Below are positions 1 to 8,422 of a stretch of DNA of 64,000 nt, one piece after another. Each line of letters starts with the position of its first letter. Position 1 is the first letter of the stretch. This DNA comes from Chthoniobacterales bacterium. GTDB taxonomy: Bacteria; Verrucomicrobiota; Verrucomicrobiia; Chthoniobacterales; UBA10450. A model generated the notes under the pieces. It had not been told where the DNA came from. It saw nothing but the letters and a program-made list of their open reading frames with translations, and did no database searches. Where the stretch lies: NCBI GenBank assembly GCA_035568035.1, contig DATMOU010000015.1, forward strand, positions 28,026 to 92,025. The letters run 5' to 3'. A program made the translations under genes and the position numbers.

Positions 1-22
1 CTTGAGCAGGCGAAATGCCATT

Positions 23-94
23 AGGTAGCGGCGATTGACCTCAATCGGTCCGAGCCGGACTGGCCTTTTGGCGGTTCGGTGAATGGAGCCGCCG
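23..94. repeat. REP-like palindromic element, family A (GGTAGCGGCGATTGACCTCAATCG ... GGTTCGGTGAA), interrupted copy
   Basis: Shares the GGTAG-GGCGATTGACCTCAATCG core and the GGTTCGGTGAA box with the copy at 8259-8313. Core is a perfect palindrome, GGCGATTGA-CC-TCAATCGCC. Confidence 0.5.
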
Positions 95-162
95 GGAGCC
101 GAGCGACATGCACGGGAAAGCCCGAGCGGGTGAGCCAGTGGGAACGAGCGAATCAACCGCCT

Positions 163-2130
163 CTACCGAACGATGCCCTCTCGCAGACTCGCGTGTTTCC
201 CAGCCATCAATTCCTGGGTCAGTTGATAACCGCGCTTGTCCACGTTTTGGGCCGTGCCGGCAAACTGATGAGCGATCCGTGACTTCGCGGAATTGCAGAA
301 ATAATTGGCGACCGACAGCACCTCGTCGACGGATTCGCCATGGTCCATTTTGTATTGCGCGAATGAGCACGTCGCGCTCATCGCAAACAGTTCCGTGGCG
401 ATGCCGACAAAACGCGAGAGCAACAGCTGCTCACGGTCCAGTTTGGGACCGAACCGCGCCATCGCATGAAACAATCCGCGCGCCAGCTTCTTGCTTGTGC
501 GCGCGGCGTAATCGACGTGCTTTTGCAGATCCCGATGGAGACCCTCGATCTTGCCGGCGCCGGTGGAAAACCACTGACGCGGATACCAGACGGCGTAAAA
601 TTTTCCGGAAGTCAAAACGGCCTTGAGCCGTTCCGACATCGGAAGCGTGGTGTTAAAAATCGCGCCACCGACTTTCAAATGCGGATCAAGGGCTTCGCGA
701 GCGATGAACAACCGCATTATTTCGCTCGAGCCTTCGAAGATCATATTGATCCGGCAATCGCGCAGAAAACGTTCGACCGGCACACCCTCTTCGCCGCGAC
801 CTTTCAGCGATTGCGCCGTTTCGTAACCGCGGCCGCCGCGGACCTGCATCGCATCGTCCGAAATCTTCCATGTCGTTTCGGTCGACCACATTTTGCACAT
901 CGCGGTCTCGATTCGCAGATCTCCCGCTTTGCGATCGACGAGACCGGAGGTCAAAAAAGTAATCGCTTCCATCGCGAAAACGTTTCCAGCCATTTCGGCG
1001 ACTTTTCCGGCAATCGCTGAATGTTTTCCGATCGGTCCGCCCCACTGGATGCGTTCGGTCGCCCACTTCCTGCAGATTTCGAGGAGGCGCTTCGACAGAC
1101 CGATGCAGGCGGCCGGAATTGTGAGCCGGCCGGTGTTCAATGTCGTCAACGCGACTTTCAATCCCTGGCCTTCCTTCGCGATCATGTTTTCGCGCGGCAC
1201 CCGCACGTTGGTGAACTTCACAATACCGTTGTAAAGCGCGCGCAATCCCATGAACCGGCAGCGATACGTGATCTCAAGCCCCTGCGAATCGACGTCGACG
1301 ATAAACGCAGTAATTTGCTTGCGCTCCCTGCCGTTGACGATCTTCGGCGGGGTGACGGCCATAACCACGAGCACGCCGGCCTTAATCAGGTTCGTGCACC
1401 AAAGTTTTTCACCGTTGAGAATGTATGCCGAGCCATCCTCAGTCAGGTCAGCGCGCAAACTCATGTTCGCGGGATCCGAGCCGGCGTTCCATTCGGTCAG
1501 CGCGAACGCGGAAATCTCCTTTCGCGCAACCCGCGGCAGATATTTTTTCTTTTGCTCGTCCGTCCCAAATAGCAACAATGGCTGCGGAACGCCGATCGAT
1601 TGGTGCGCGGAAACGAGTGCGGTCAGGTTTGCGTCCCAGCTTCCGAGCAACATCGCCGCCCGTCCGTAATTGACCTGCGATAAACCGAGTCCTTCGTATT
1701 GCTTCGGGATCTTTACCCCAAACGCGCCCATCGCGAAAAGTTCGTCGATATTTTTCTGCGGAATCTCGCCCGTGCGATCGATTTCGTCGGCATCGACGTT
1801 CTCACGCAGGTACTTTTCCAGACTGGCGAGAAACTCTTTTCCGGCCTCGCGATCTTCCGCGCTTTGTTCCGGCCAGGGGTAAATCCGATTGAAATCGTAG
1901 CGGCCGATGAAAAGATTACTCGCGAAGCTGCCGCGCTCGTCCAGCGGATCGCGCGACGCTTCGGCGAGCTCGAGCGCTTCCCGCTTGCCCTTCGACATCT
2001 TGGAAGTGTCGATCACCGAAACCGCTTCCGGTTTCGCCGGCTCGCCACCGGACGAGTCCGTCCGACTGGCGGACTTCGCCGTGGTTTCCTCGCGGACTTG
2101 TTTATCAGGCGCTTCGAGTGACGATTTCAT
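163..2130 (-). CDS. acyl-CoA dehydrogenase family protein (long form, 655 aa)
   Basis: Uninterrupted 655-codon ORF with an ACAD-type core and C-terminal catalytic segment (..MQVRGGRGYETAQ.., ..IFEGSSEIMRLFIAREAL..). Directly downstream of a FadB-like gene. Confidence 0.85.
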   Translation of the reverse strand: MKSSLEAPDKQVREETTAKSASRTDSSGGEPAKPEAVSVIDTSKMSKGKREALELAEASRDPLDERGSFASNLFIGRYDFNRIYPWPEQSAEDREAGKEFLASLEKYLRENVDADEIDRTGEIPQKNIDELFAMGAFGVKIPKQYEGLGLSQVNYGRAAMLLGSWDANLTALVSAHQSIGVPQPLLLFGTDEQKKKYLPRVARKEISAFALTEWNAGSDPANMSLRADLTEDGSAYILNGEKLWCTNLIKAGVLVVMAVTPPKIVNGRERKQITAFIVDVDSQGLEITYRCRFMGLRALYNGIVKFTNVRVPRENMIAKEGQGLKVALTTLNTGRLTIPAACIGLSKRLLEICRKWATERIQWGGPIGKHSAIAGKVAEMAGNVFAMEAITFLTSGLVDRKAGDLRIETAMCKMWSTETTWKISDDAMQVRGGRGYETAQSLKGRGEEGVPVERFLRDCRINMIFEGSSEIMRLFIAREALDPHLKVGGAIFNTTLPMSERLKAVLTSGKFYAVWYPRQWFSTGAGKIEGLHRDLQKHVDYAARTSKKLARGLFHAMARFGPKLDREQLLLSRFVGIATELFAMSATCSFAQYKMDHGESVDEVLSVANYFCNSAKSRIAHQFAGTAQNVDKRGYQLTQELMAGKHASLREGIVR

Positions 2131-2236
2131 AGAAGTTTGTCATTCCGAGCGAGCGAAAGCGTAGTCGAGGAATCTCTCACTATTTCCGATCGGAAACATT
2201 TAGAGATGTCTCGACTTCGCTCGACATGACAAGACT
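2131..2236. mobile_element. MITE-like palindromic insertion (termini TTGTCATTCCGAGCG... / ...CGCTCGACATGACAA) bounded by a 22-bp direct duplication
   Basis: Imperfect ~40-bp terminal inverted repeats span 2137-2232. A 21/22-nt direct repeat, GCGC[T/G]TCGAGTGACGATTTCAT, lies at 2109-2130 and 2237-2258. Confidence 0.7.
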
Positions 2237-2254
2237 GCGCGTCGAGTGACGATT

Positions 2255-4315
2255 TCATGACTTGTAAAATCTTGTTCCGTCCCGGGCGTGCTTCTTCAAA
2301 ATTTCGCACGGCAGGAACTTTTCTTCAGTTTGGCCGAGTCGATTCATTTGATCGACGATCTTGTCCAAACCGAAATGTTCCGCGAACCGCAGCGGTCCAC
2401 CGCGATGTGGCGCGAAACCCGTCCCGAGAATCATTCCATAATCCGCGTCCTCCGGCGATTCGACCACTTTTTCTTCCACGCAACGCGCCGCTTCGTTGAC
2501 CATCAGAAACATCAAACGATTGGCAAGATCGACGTCTGCTCGCGTGCCGCCGGTCTGTCGCCATTGATCGGTCGACTCGTTACGTGACTGCGTCTTGCCT
2601 TCGTATTTGTAAAAGCCACTGCCGCTCTTGCGCCCGAGCATTTTCGCTTCGCGCATCTTCGCAAGAATCGCCGCTGCCTGGTCGCGTTTGCCGTAGGCTT
2701 TCTCCAGCGTGGTCGCGATATCCACCGTGACGTCGATGCCAATCTCGTCGATCAAACGCAACGGACCCATCGGCATTCCCCATTTCGTGAGCGCGTCGTC
2801 GATCTTTTCGGCGTCGATTCCACCTTCGAAGAGCTCGGCCGCATCGAGCAAATACGGAAACAAAACCCGATTTACCAGGAATCCGGGGCTATCCCGCACC
2901 ACCACCGGAACTTTCGCGATCTGGCGAATGAATGCCAGCGACTGCTCTTTCGTTGTCGCCGATGTTTCCCTGGTAATCACGACCTCAATCAACTTCATCC
3001 GGCTAACCGGATTGAAGAAATGCAAACCGATCACGTGATCAGGCGAGACAGTACACTCCGCAAGCTCGGTCACCGGCAATGCCGACGTATTTGTTGCCAC
3101 GATGGTCTTTGGCCCGGCCTGCATCGACAGTTTGCAAAAGATTTCTTTCTTAACATCGATTTTTTCCGAAGCGGCTTCGATAATGAACTCAACGTCTCGC
3201 AACTCCACCGGCGCAGTCGAAGCGACGATGCGCGAGCGGCCCTGCTTCGCTTTTTCCTCGCTCATCAATCCCCGCTTCACCGCGTCGCCATAAACTTTTT
3301 CGATGTTGGCCAGGCCGCGATCGAGCAATTCGCGATTTACATCTCGCAAAATGACGGTGACTCCGCGCGAGCTGAGCCACTGCGCGATTCCGGAACCCAT
3401 CACGCCGGCGCCTACGACTGCCGCGTGCGCCACTTTCGGAAACTCAGTTTTCGAAGCGCCCTTCTTGTACTTTTCGGCCAGGAAAAAATTGCGAATCAGG
3501 TTCTGGGTCGATTCGGTTTTGCCAAGATCGACAATCGCTTCCAATTCCAGGCGGAGCGACTCGCCGATCGGATTATCGCTGCTCGTTGTGATCACACTGA
3601 GTGCGCGCGCCCGGGCAGATTTTGGATCCGAGGGAACCGGGGTCTTAGCTGTTGGCGGCGAAATTTCTGCTGGGGTTCGTTTGCCCTCACCCAGTTTTTG
3701 CCGCGCCGCCTCAAGCAACTTGTCTTTCGACACAACTTCATCCACCAGGCCTAGCTTCAATGCCTCGGCGGCAGAATAAAGTTTTCCTTTCAAGATCACC
3801 TCGGTTGCATTGTCCTGGCCAATCAAACGCGGCAACCGGGTGCTGCCGCCCCAGGCCGGAATCAAACCCAGCGTCGTTTCCGGCAATCCGATTCGCGTCG
3901 CCGGTTCGTCAGACGCGACGCGCCAATCGCAAGCGAGGGTAACTTCGTAACCGCCGCCCGCGCATGCTCCGTGAATCGCGGCCGCCGTCGGAATTTTCAA
4001 TTCGGCGATTCGATTGAAAACGCGCTGGCCTTCGGCAATAAAGTTTCGCATTTCGCCGCTTGGCGCCTGTTTCAAAAGCGTTTTCAGATCAGCGCCGGCA
4101 ATAAAGATCGACTTCTTCGCCGAAGTAATGATCAAGCCGCGCAACGAATTATCGTGCTCGATCGCATCGATGTGCTCGCTCAACTCGTCCATCGCCGCGG
4201 CGTCGAAAATGTTCGCGCCCGAATCGGGCCGATCAAAGGTCAAAACACAAACACGATCATCACCGATTTCGCGTTGAATAAGTGAGCGCGTAGCAACCGG
4301 AGCCATCCCATTCAT
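2255..4315 (-). CDS. bifunctional enoyl-CoA hydratase / 3-hydroxyacyl-CoA dehydrogenase (FadB/FadJ-like)
   Basis: 686-aa ORF. N-terminal crotonase fold (..SIFIAGADL.., ..GACAGGGYE..), central Rossmann motif VVGAGVMGSGIA, and a 3-hydroxyacyl-CoA dehydrogenase C-terminal region. Confidence 0.9.
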   Translation of the reverse strand: MNGMAPVATRSLIQREIGDDRVCVLTFDRPDSGANIFDAAAMDELSEHIDAIEHDNSLRGLIITSAKKSIFIAGADLKTLLKQAPSGEMRNFIAEGQRVFNRIAELKIPTAAAIHGACAGGGYEVTLACDWRVASDEPATRIGLPETTLGLIPAWGGSTRLPRLIGQDNATEVILKGKLYSAAEALKLGLVDEVVSKDKLLEAARQKLGEGKRTPAEISPPTAKTPVPSDPKSARARALSVITTSSDNPIGESLRLELEAIVDLGKTESTQNLIRNFFLAEKYKKGASKTEFPKVAHAAVVGAGVMGSGIAQWLSSRGVTVILRDVNRELLDRGLANIEKVYGDAVKRGLMSEEKAKQGRSRIVASTAPVELRDVEFIIEAASEKIDVKKEIFCKLSMQAGPKTIVATNTSALPVTELAECTVSPDHVIGLHFFNPVSRMKLIEVVITRETSATTKEQSLAFIRQIAKVPVVVRDSPGFLVNRVLFPYLLDAAELFEGGIDAEKIDDALTKWGMPMGPLRLIDEIGIDVTVDIATTLEKAYGKRDQAAAILAKMREAKMLGRKSGSGFYKYEGKTQSRNESTDQWRQTGGTRADVDLANRLMFLMVNEAARCVEEKVVESPEDADYGMILGTGFAPHRGGPLRFAEHFGLDKIVDQMNRLGQTEEKFLPCEILKKHARDGTRFYKS

Positions 4316-4407
4316 ATAGGGTTATTTCCTGCAAATTCCAAGTGCGGAACGATTGCTCTTGCCCGGTCACAATGTTACAAAACTCGGGCGCGCATCCGGA
4401 GATCATC

Positions 4408-5808
4408 ATGGTCGGCAAACTTTTAGCACCCGAAATCGAGAGCCTGATCAACGCGCGCGATTTCAACGGCTTGCGCGAGCTGTTTAAAGAATGGCCGCCG
4501 GCCGACATCGCCGAAGTCATCCTCGATCTCCCCGAAGACGAGCAGGTCATCATTTTCCGCGTGTTGCCGGCTTCGCTCGCCGCTGACGTTTTCGAATACC
4601 TCGGAATCGAAGAACAACAGAATCTCCTGCGGGCAATGGCACACGAGCAGGTGGTCGCGATTCTTAACGAAATGTCACCGGATGATCGGACCGCGTTGCT
4701 CGAAGAACTGCCGAGCGAAGCGGCCCGCAAGTTGATCCGTTTGCTGACGCCGGACGAGCGTCGCGTCGCTCAATCGCTGCTCGGTTATCCGGAAGGCAGC
4801 GTCGGCCGATTAATGACGCCGGATTTCATCGCGGTGCACGAGGATTGGACAGTCCAGCAAGTCCTCGATTTCGTCCGGGAATATGGCCACGACAGCGAGA
4901 CGTTGAACATCATCTACGTGGTCGACGAGCATAACAAACTGATCGACGACGTTCGGATGCGGGAATTTCTGCTCCGGCCGCTCAACACAAAGGTCAGCGA
5001 AATTCGCGACCGCAATTTTGTTTCGCTGAAGGTGTCCGATTCGCAAGAAGAAGCGCTCAACCTATTTCGGAAATACGATCGCGCCGCATTGCCGGTGCTC
5101 GATTCCAACGGAGTGCTCGTCGGAATCGTGACCAGCGACGACATGCTCGACGTGGCCGAAGAAGAGGCCACCGAGGACATCCAAAAACTTGGCGGTATGG
5201 AAGCGTTGGACGAGCCCTACAACACGATCCCGATGTTTCGAATGATCAAGAAACGCGCGGGCTGGCTCGTGCTGTTGTTTCTATCCGAAATGTTCACCTC
5301 TAACGCGATGGCCCATTTCGAGGACGAGATCGCCAAGGCTGTCGTTCTGGCGCTGTTCGTTCCGTTGATGATTTCCAGCGGAGGCAACTCCGGTTCGCAG
5401 GCAACGACCCTGGTGATTCGCGCGATGGCGCTGGGTGAAGTGCGTCTGCGCGACTGGTGGCGCGTCGCGGGAAAAGAAATTACCGCCGGCGCTCTATTGG
5501 GCGGAATCCTCGGCGCCGTCGGTTTTTGCCGCATCATGGCCTGGCAAACGCTTTCCAGTTATTTTCCTCACAGTTTTTTCCAACATTACGAGCATCCGTA
5601 TCTGCTCGCGTTCACGATCTTGTTTGCGCTGCTCGGTATCGTGACATGGGGAACTCTTATCGGCTCAATGCTGCCGTTTATTTTGCGACGGCTCGGGCTT
5701 GATCCGGCGACCTCATCCGCCCCATTCGTCGCCACTCTAGTCGACGTAACTGGAATTTTTATTTATTTCACGGTGGCGGCGATCATCCTGCGCGGCGCGC
5801 TGTTGTAG
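4408..5808 (+). CDS. mgtE: magnesium transporter MgtE
   Basis: MgtE N-domain, CBS pair and C-terminal channel domain (..PLMISSGGNSGSQ.., ..PFVATLVDVTG..). ATG 4408 is preceded by GGAG. The frame is open from 4342, so the start is uncertain (alternative ATG 4372). Confidence 0.9.
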   Translation: MVGKLLAPEIESLINARDFNGLRELFKEWPPADIAEVILDLPEDEQVIIFRVLPASLAADVFEYLGIEEQQNLLRAMAHEQVVAILNEMSPDDRTALLEELPSEAARKLIRLLTPDERRVAQSLLGYPEGSVGRLMTPDFIAVHEDWTVQQVLDFVREYGHDSETLNIIYVVDEHNKLIDDVRMREFLLRPLNTKVSEIRDRNFVSLKVSDSQEEALNLFRKYDRAALPVLDSNGVLVGIVTSDDMLDVAEEEATEDIQKLGGMEALDEPYNTIPMFRMIKKRAGWLVLLFLSEMFTSNAMAHFEDEIAKAVVLALFVPLMISSGGNSGSQATTLVIRAMALGEVRLRDWWRVAGKEITAGALLGGILGAVGFCRIMAWQTLSSYFPHSFFQHYEHPYLLAFTILFALLGIVTWGTLIGSMLPFILRRLGLDPATSSAPFVATLVDVTGIFIYFTVAAIILRGALL

Positions 5809-6474
5809 ATGAAACGCGCGATTGCCGTCGGGTTAACAATCGCGTGCTTCCTGTCGCAAACTTTTTCAGCGAGCGCGACGACGAAAGGCCTCAGTCAAAT
5901 TGTCACGCCGGATTTGGAGGATGAAGGCGATCTTTCGACCAGTTTGCAGATCCAGGACAAGAGGATTGCAAATCCCTACGAACTCCAGGCTGAGCTCGGG
6001 CTGACCAAATGGGGTGAAATCGCGGTGTTTCGTGGATTTCAACCGGACGATTGGATTTTTAGCACGGAGCTCGGGATTTTGAGAAAGGAACCGTATTTGT
6101 TGTCGGTCGGCTTCATAAACTGGTCACCGCATCTCGATGTCGATCCTCAACCGTACATCGAGGCCGGATACTACGGCGAACACAACAAAGGAATGATCGG
6201 CGCGATTCACGCCGGCTATAAGAACGAGCTGATTCTCGGGTACGCTTACGATTTCAATAAGACCTGGCGAGTGCAGATCGATTTCCAAAGCGGCAAGGAA
6301 AATTCATCCACTATCGGCTTCACCTGCAATATCACTCGTGACCTTCAATTCAATCCGGCGATTTACTTCAGCAACGACGATCCTCGCCGGATTTTCGGAT
6401 ACATCGTGTTCACTTACACGTTTCATCTTTGGGGAAAGAAAGGCGATAAAACTGAGCCTGCGTCCGACAAATAA
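5809..6474 (+). CDS. secreted hypothetical protein, possibly a small outer-membrane beta-barrel
   Basis: ATG immediately follows the mgtE TAG stop. Signal peptide MKRAIAVGLTIACFLSQTFSASA, alternating hydrophobic/polar strands, aromatic-rich C-terminal strand (..GYIVFTYTF..). Confidence 0.5.
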   Translation: MKRAIAVGLTIACFLSQTFSASATTKGLSQIVTPDLEDEGDLSTSLQIQDKRIANPYELQAELGLTKWGEIAVFRGFQPDDWIFSTELGILRKEPYLLSVGFINWSPHLDVDPQPYIEAGYYGEHNKGMIGAIHAGYKNELILGYAYDFNKTWRVQIDFQSGKENSSTIGFTCNITRDLQFNPAIYFSNDDPRRIFGYIVFTYTFHLWGKKGDKTEPASDK

Positions 6475-6558
6475 CGGGTCTGTCTCAATTTTATCGTTAT
6501 TTACTTGGCTGCTTGTTTGGCCATGATGTTTCTCCCGGTCTGATTCCAAAAACCACCC

Positions 6559-7197
6559 ATGATCTCGATCGGTAGATTTCTCGGACACGACCAGAAGTTT
6601 TACGACTTACTGGAAGCAAGCGCCCAACAGGCCGACACCAGCGTTCATCATCTGGTGGATTTGCTGGCAAAGATCGACGGTAAGAACTCGGCCCCAGATC
6701 TGGCCGCGTTTGCCGAAAGCCGCCGCGAAGACAAACGCATCACCCAGGAGCTGACGGAAGAAGTAACGAAGACTTTCATCACGCCGCTTGAACGCGAAGA
6801 CATCCAGGCGCTCGCTGCATCGCTCTATAAAATCCCCAAGACCGTCGAGAAAATCGGGGAACGGATGTTGATCTGTCCGCAGGATTTACCAAAACTAAGT
6901 TTCGCCAAACAAGTCCAGCTTCTCGACCAGGCCGCGGAAGCAGTCCTCGCGATGGTGAAGCAATTGCGTAAAGGAATGAACGTCGGCACCGCGCGAGAGA
7001 TGAACGCGAAATTGCAAAACATCGAAGGCGAAGCGGACCACCTGGAGCTGGAGTTGTTGCGTGATCTTTATCAGGGCAACTACGATGCGAAACACATCAT
7101 CTTTTTGCGCGACCTTTACGATTTGCTCGAAAAAGTGATCGACCGTTGTCGTGACGCGGGCAACGTCATTCTTCAGGTCGTCTTGAAAAACACTTAA
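6559..7197 (+). CDS. DUF47 family protein (PhoU-like partner of PiT phosphate transporters)
   Basis: 212-aa helical protein with a DUF47-like N-terminus (..GHDQKFYDLLEASAQQA..), directly upstream of a PiT transporter. This pairing is conserved. Confidence 0.8.
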   Translation: MISIGRFLGHDQKFYDLLEASAQQADTSVHHLVDLLAKIDGKNSAPDLAAFAESRREDKRITQELTEEVTKTFITPLEREDIQALAASLYKIPKTVEKIGERMLICPQDLPKLSFAKQVQLLDQAAEAVLAMVKQLRKGMNVGTAREMNAKLQNIEGEADHLELELLRDLYQGNYDAKHIIFLRDLYDLLEKVIDRCRDAGNVILQVVLKNT

Positions 7198-7230
7198 CCC
7201 GCAGCCCCGCCTTGGCGGGGCAAGATCGAC

Positions 7231-8259
7231 ATGTTGCTCTTCCTCGTCGTCGTTCTTGCGGCAGTCATCTTTGAATACACCAACGGCTTCCACGATGCTG
7301 CGAACGCCATCGCCACGGTTGTCTCGACGAAAGTGCTCACACCGCGACAAGCGATCGCGATGGCGGCATTTTTCAATTTGACCGGCGCACTTCTCGGCGG
7401 CGCCGTCGCTTCCACGGTCGGCAAAGGTCTCGTCGATACTGAAGTCGTCACGATGGGAACTGTGCTCAGCGCTGTGCTCGCCGGATTCATCTGGAATCTG
7501 CTCACCTGGTGGTTTGGTTTGCCGTCGAGTTCAAGTCACGCGCTCATCGGCGGTCTTTGCGGCGCGGCCCTTGCCACCGCGAAAGGGAACTGGTCGGTCA
7601 TCAAATGGAATGCCGGTGTTTGGCCAAAAGTTGTCCTGCCGATGATCACATCGCCGGTCGCCGGATTCATTCTCGGCGGGCTCGTGATGTTTCTGCTGTT
7701 TGTTCTGCTTCACAAGCTCACGCCATTTTTCATTCATCAGTTTTTCGGAAAAGCCCAAATTGTGAGCGCGGCGTGGATGGCGCACAGCCACGGCACTAAC
7801 GACGCACAGAAAACCATGGGCATCATCACCCTCGCACTTTTCACCGGCACCAAAGCCGGACGGTTCGATCATCTCCCGGCCTGGCTGGAATTTTTGCGGA
7901 CGCCGGTTTTCTCAATGCCGCTCTGGGTCAAAGTGCTATGCGCGGCGACTATGGCGGTCGGCACCGCGGCCGGGGGTTGGCGAATCATTCGCACGCTTGG
8001 CCATCGCGTGGTGAAATTGCAACCAGTCCACGGGTTCGCCGCCGAAACCAGCGCTGCATTGATCATTCAAGTGGCGAGCATTTACGGCATTCCGCTTTCG
8101 ACGACGCACGTTATCTCAACGTCGATCATGGGCGTCGGCGCGGTGAAACGTTTCAGTGGGATGCGCTGGACCGTGGTCGAACGAATCGTCTGGGCCTGGA
8201 TTTTTACTCTGCCCGCGACCGGTCTTATTGGTTACCTGTTCGAACGCCTCGCCGGATAA
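7231..8259 (+). CDS. inorganic phosphate transporter, PiT family
   Basis: PHO4/PiT signature near the N-terminus (..FEYTNGFHDAANAIATVVSTKVL..) and the repeated signature (..HGTNDAQKTMGII..). Polytopic membrane protein. Confidence 0.9.
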   Translation: MLLFLVVVLAAVIFEYTNGFHDAANAIATVVSTKVLTPRQAIAMAAFFNLTGALLGGAVASTVGKGLVDTEVVTMGTVLSAVLAGFIWNLLTWWFGLPSSSSHALIGGLCGAALATAKGNWSVIKWNAGVWPKVVLPMITSPVAGFILGGLVMFLLFVLLHKLTPFFIHQFFGKAQIVSAAWMAHSHGTNDAQKTMGIITLALFTGTKAGRFDHLPAWLEFLRTPVFSMPLWVKVLCAATMAVGTAAGGWRIIRTLGHRVVKLQPVHGFAAETSAALIIQVASIYGIPLSTTHVISTSIMGVGAVKRFSGMRWTVVERIVWAWIFTLPATGLIGYLFERLAG

Positions 8260-8313
8260 GGTAGGGGCGATTGACCTCAATCGCCATGGAGGTTCGGTGA
8301 ACCGCCGCTACCT
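8259..8313. repeat. REP-like palindromic element, family A (best copy)
   Basis: AGGTAGGGGCGATTGACCTCAATCGCC..GGTTCGGTGAACCGCCGCTACCT. The outer arms GGTAGGGGCG / CGCCGCTACC are inverted and the inner palindrome is GGCGATTGA-CC-TCAATCGCC. It starts on the last base of the PiT stop codon. Confidence 0.6.
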
Positions 8314-8422
8314 ATTCTTGTTCCTGCTTTCCTAATTAGAATTTCTTCCAGCTTTTCGCGTGATTGACGAGCTATTCAGACATCCTCGTCGTCTCCGCTG
8401 ACTCGGGATGACAGAACAGAAA

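Noticed and set aside
1-24. Possible 3' end of a plus-strand gene (..LEQAKCH*, stop at 22-24), or alternatively a minus-strand ATG at 21-19 leaving the window.
   Set aside because: Only 7-8 codons are visible, so neither can be supported. The stop reading is mildly favoured only because a family-A REP follows it, as at 8259.
6480-6558. Pho-box-like sequence (CTGTCTCAATTTTATCG) upstream of the DUF47-PiT pair.
   Set aside because: It is only a partial match to the E. coli CTGTCATAWAWCTGTCAY consensus, a single half-site, in a distant lineage. This is not enough to call.
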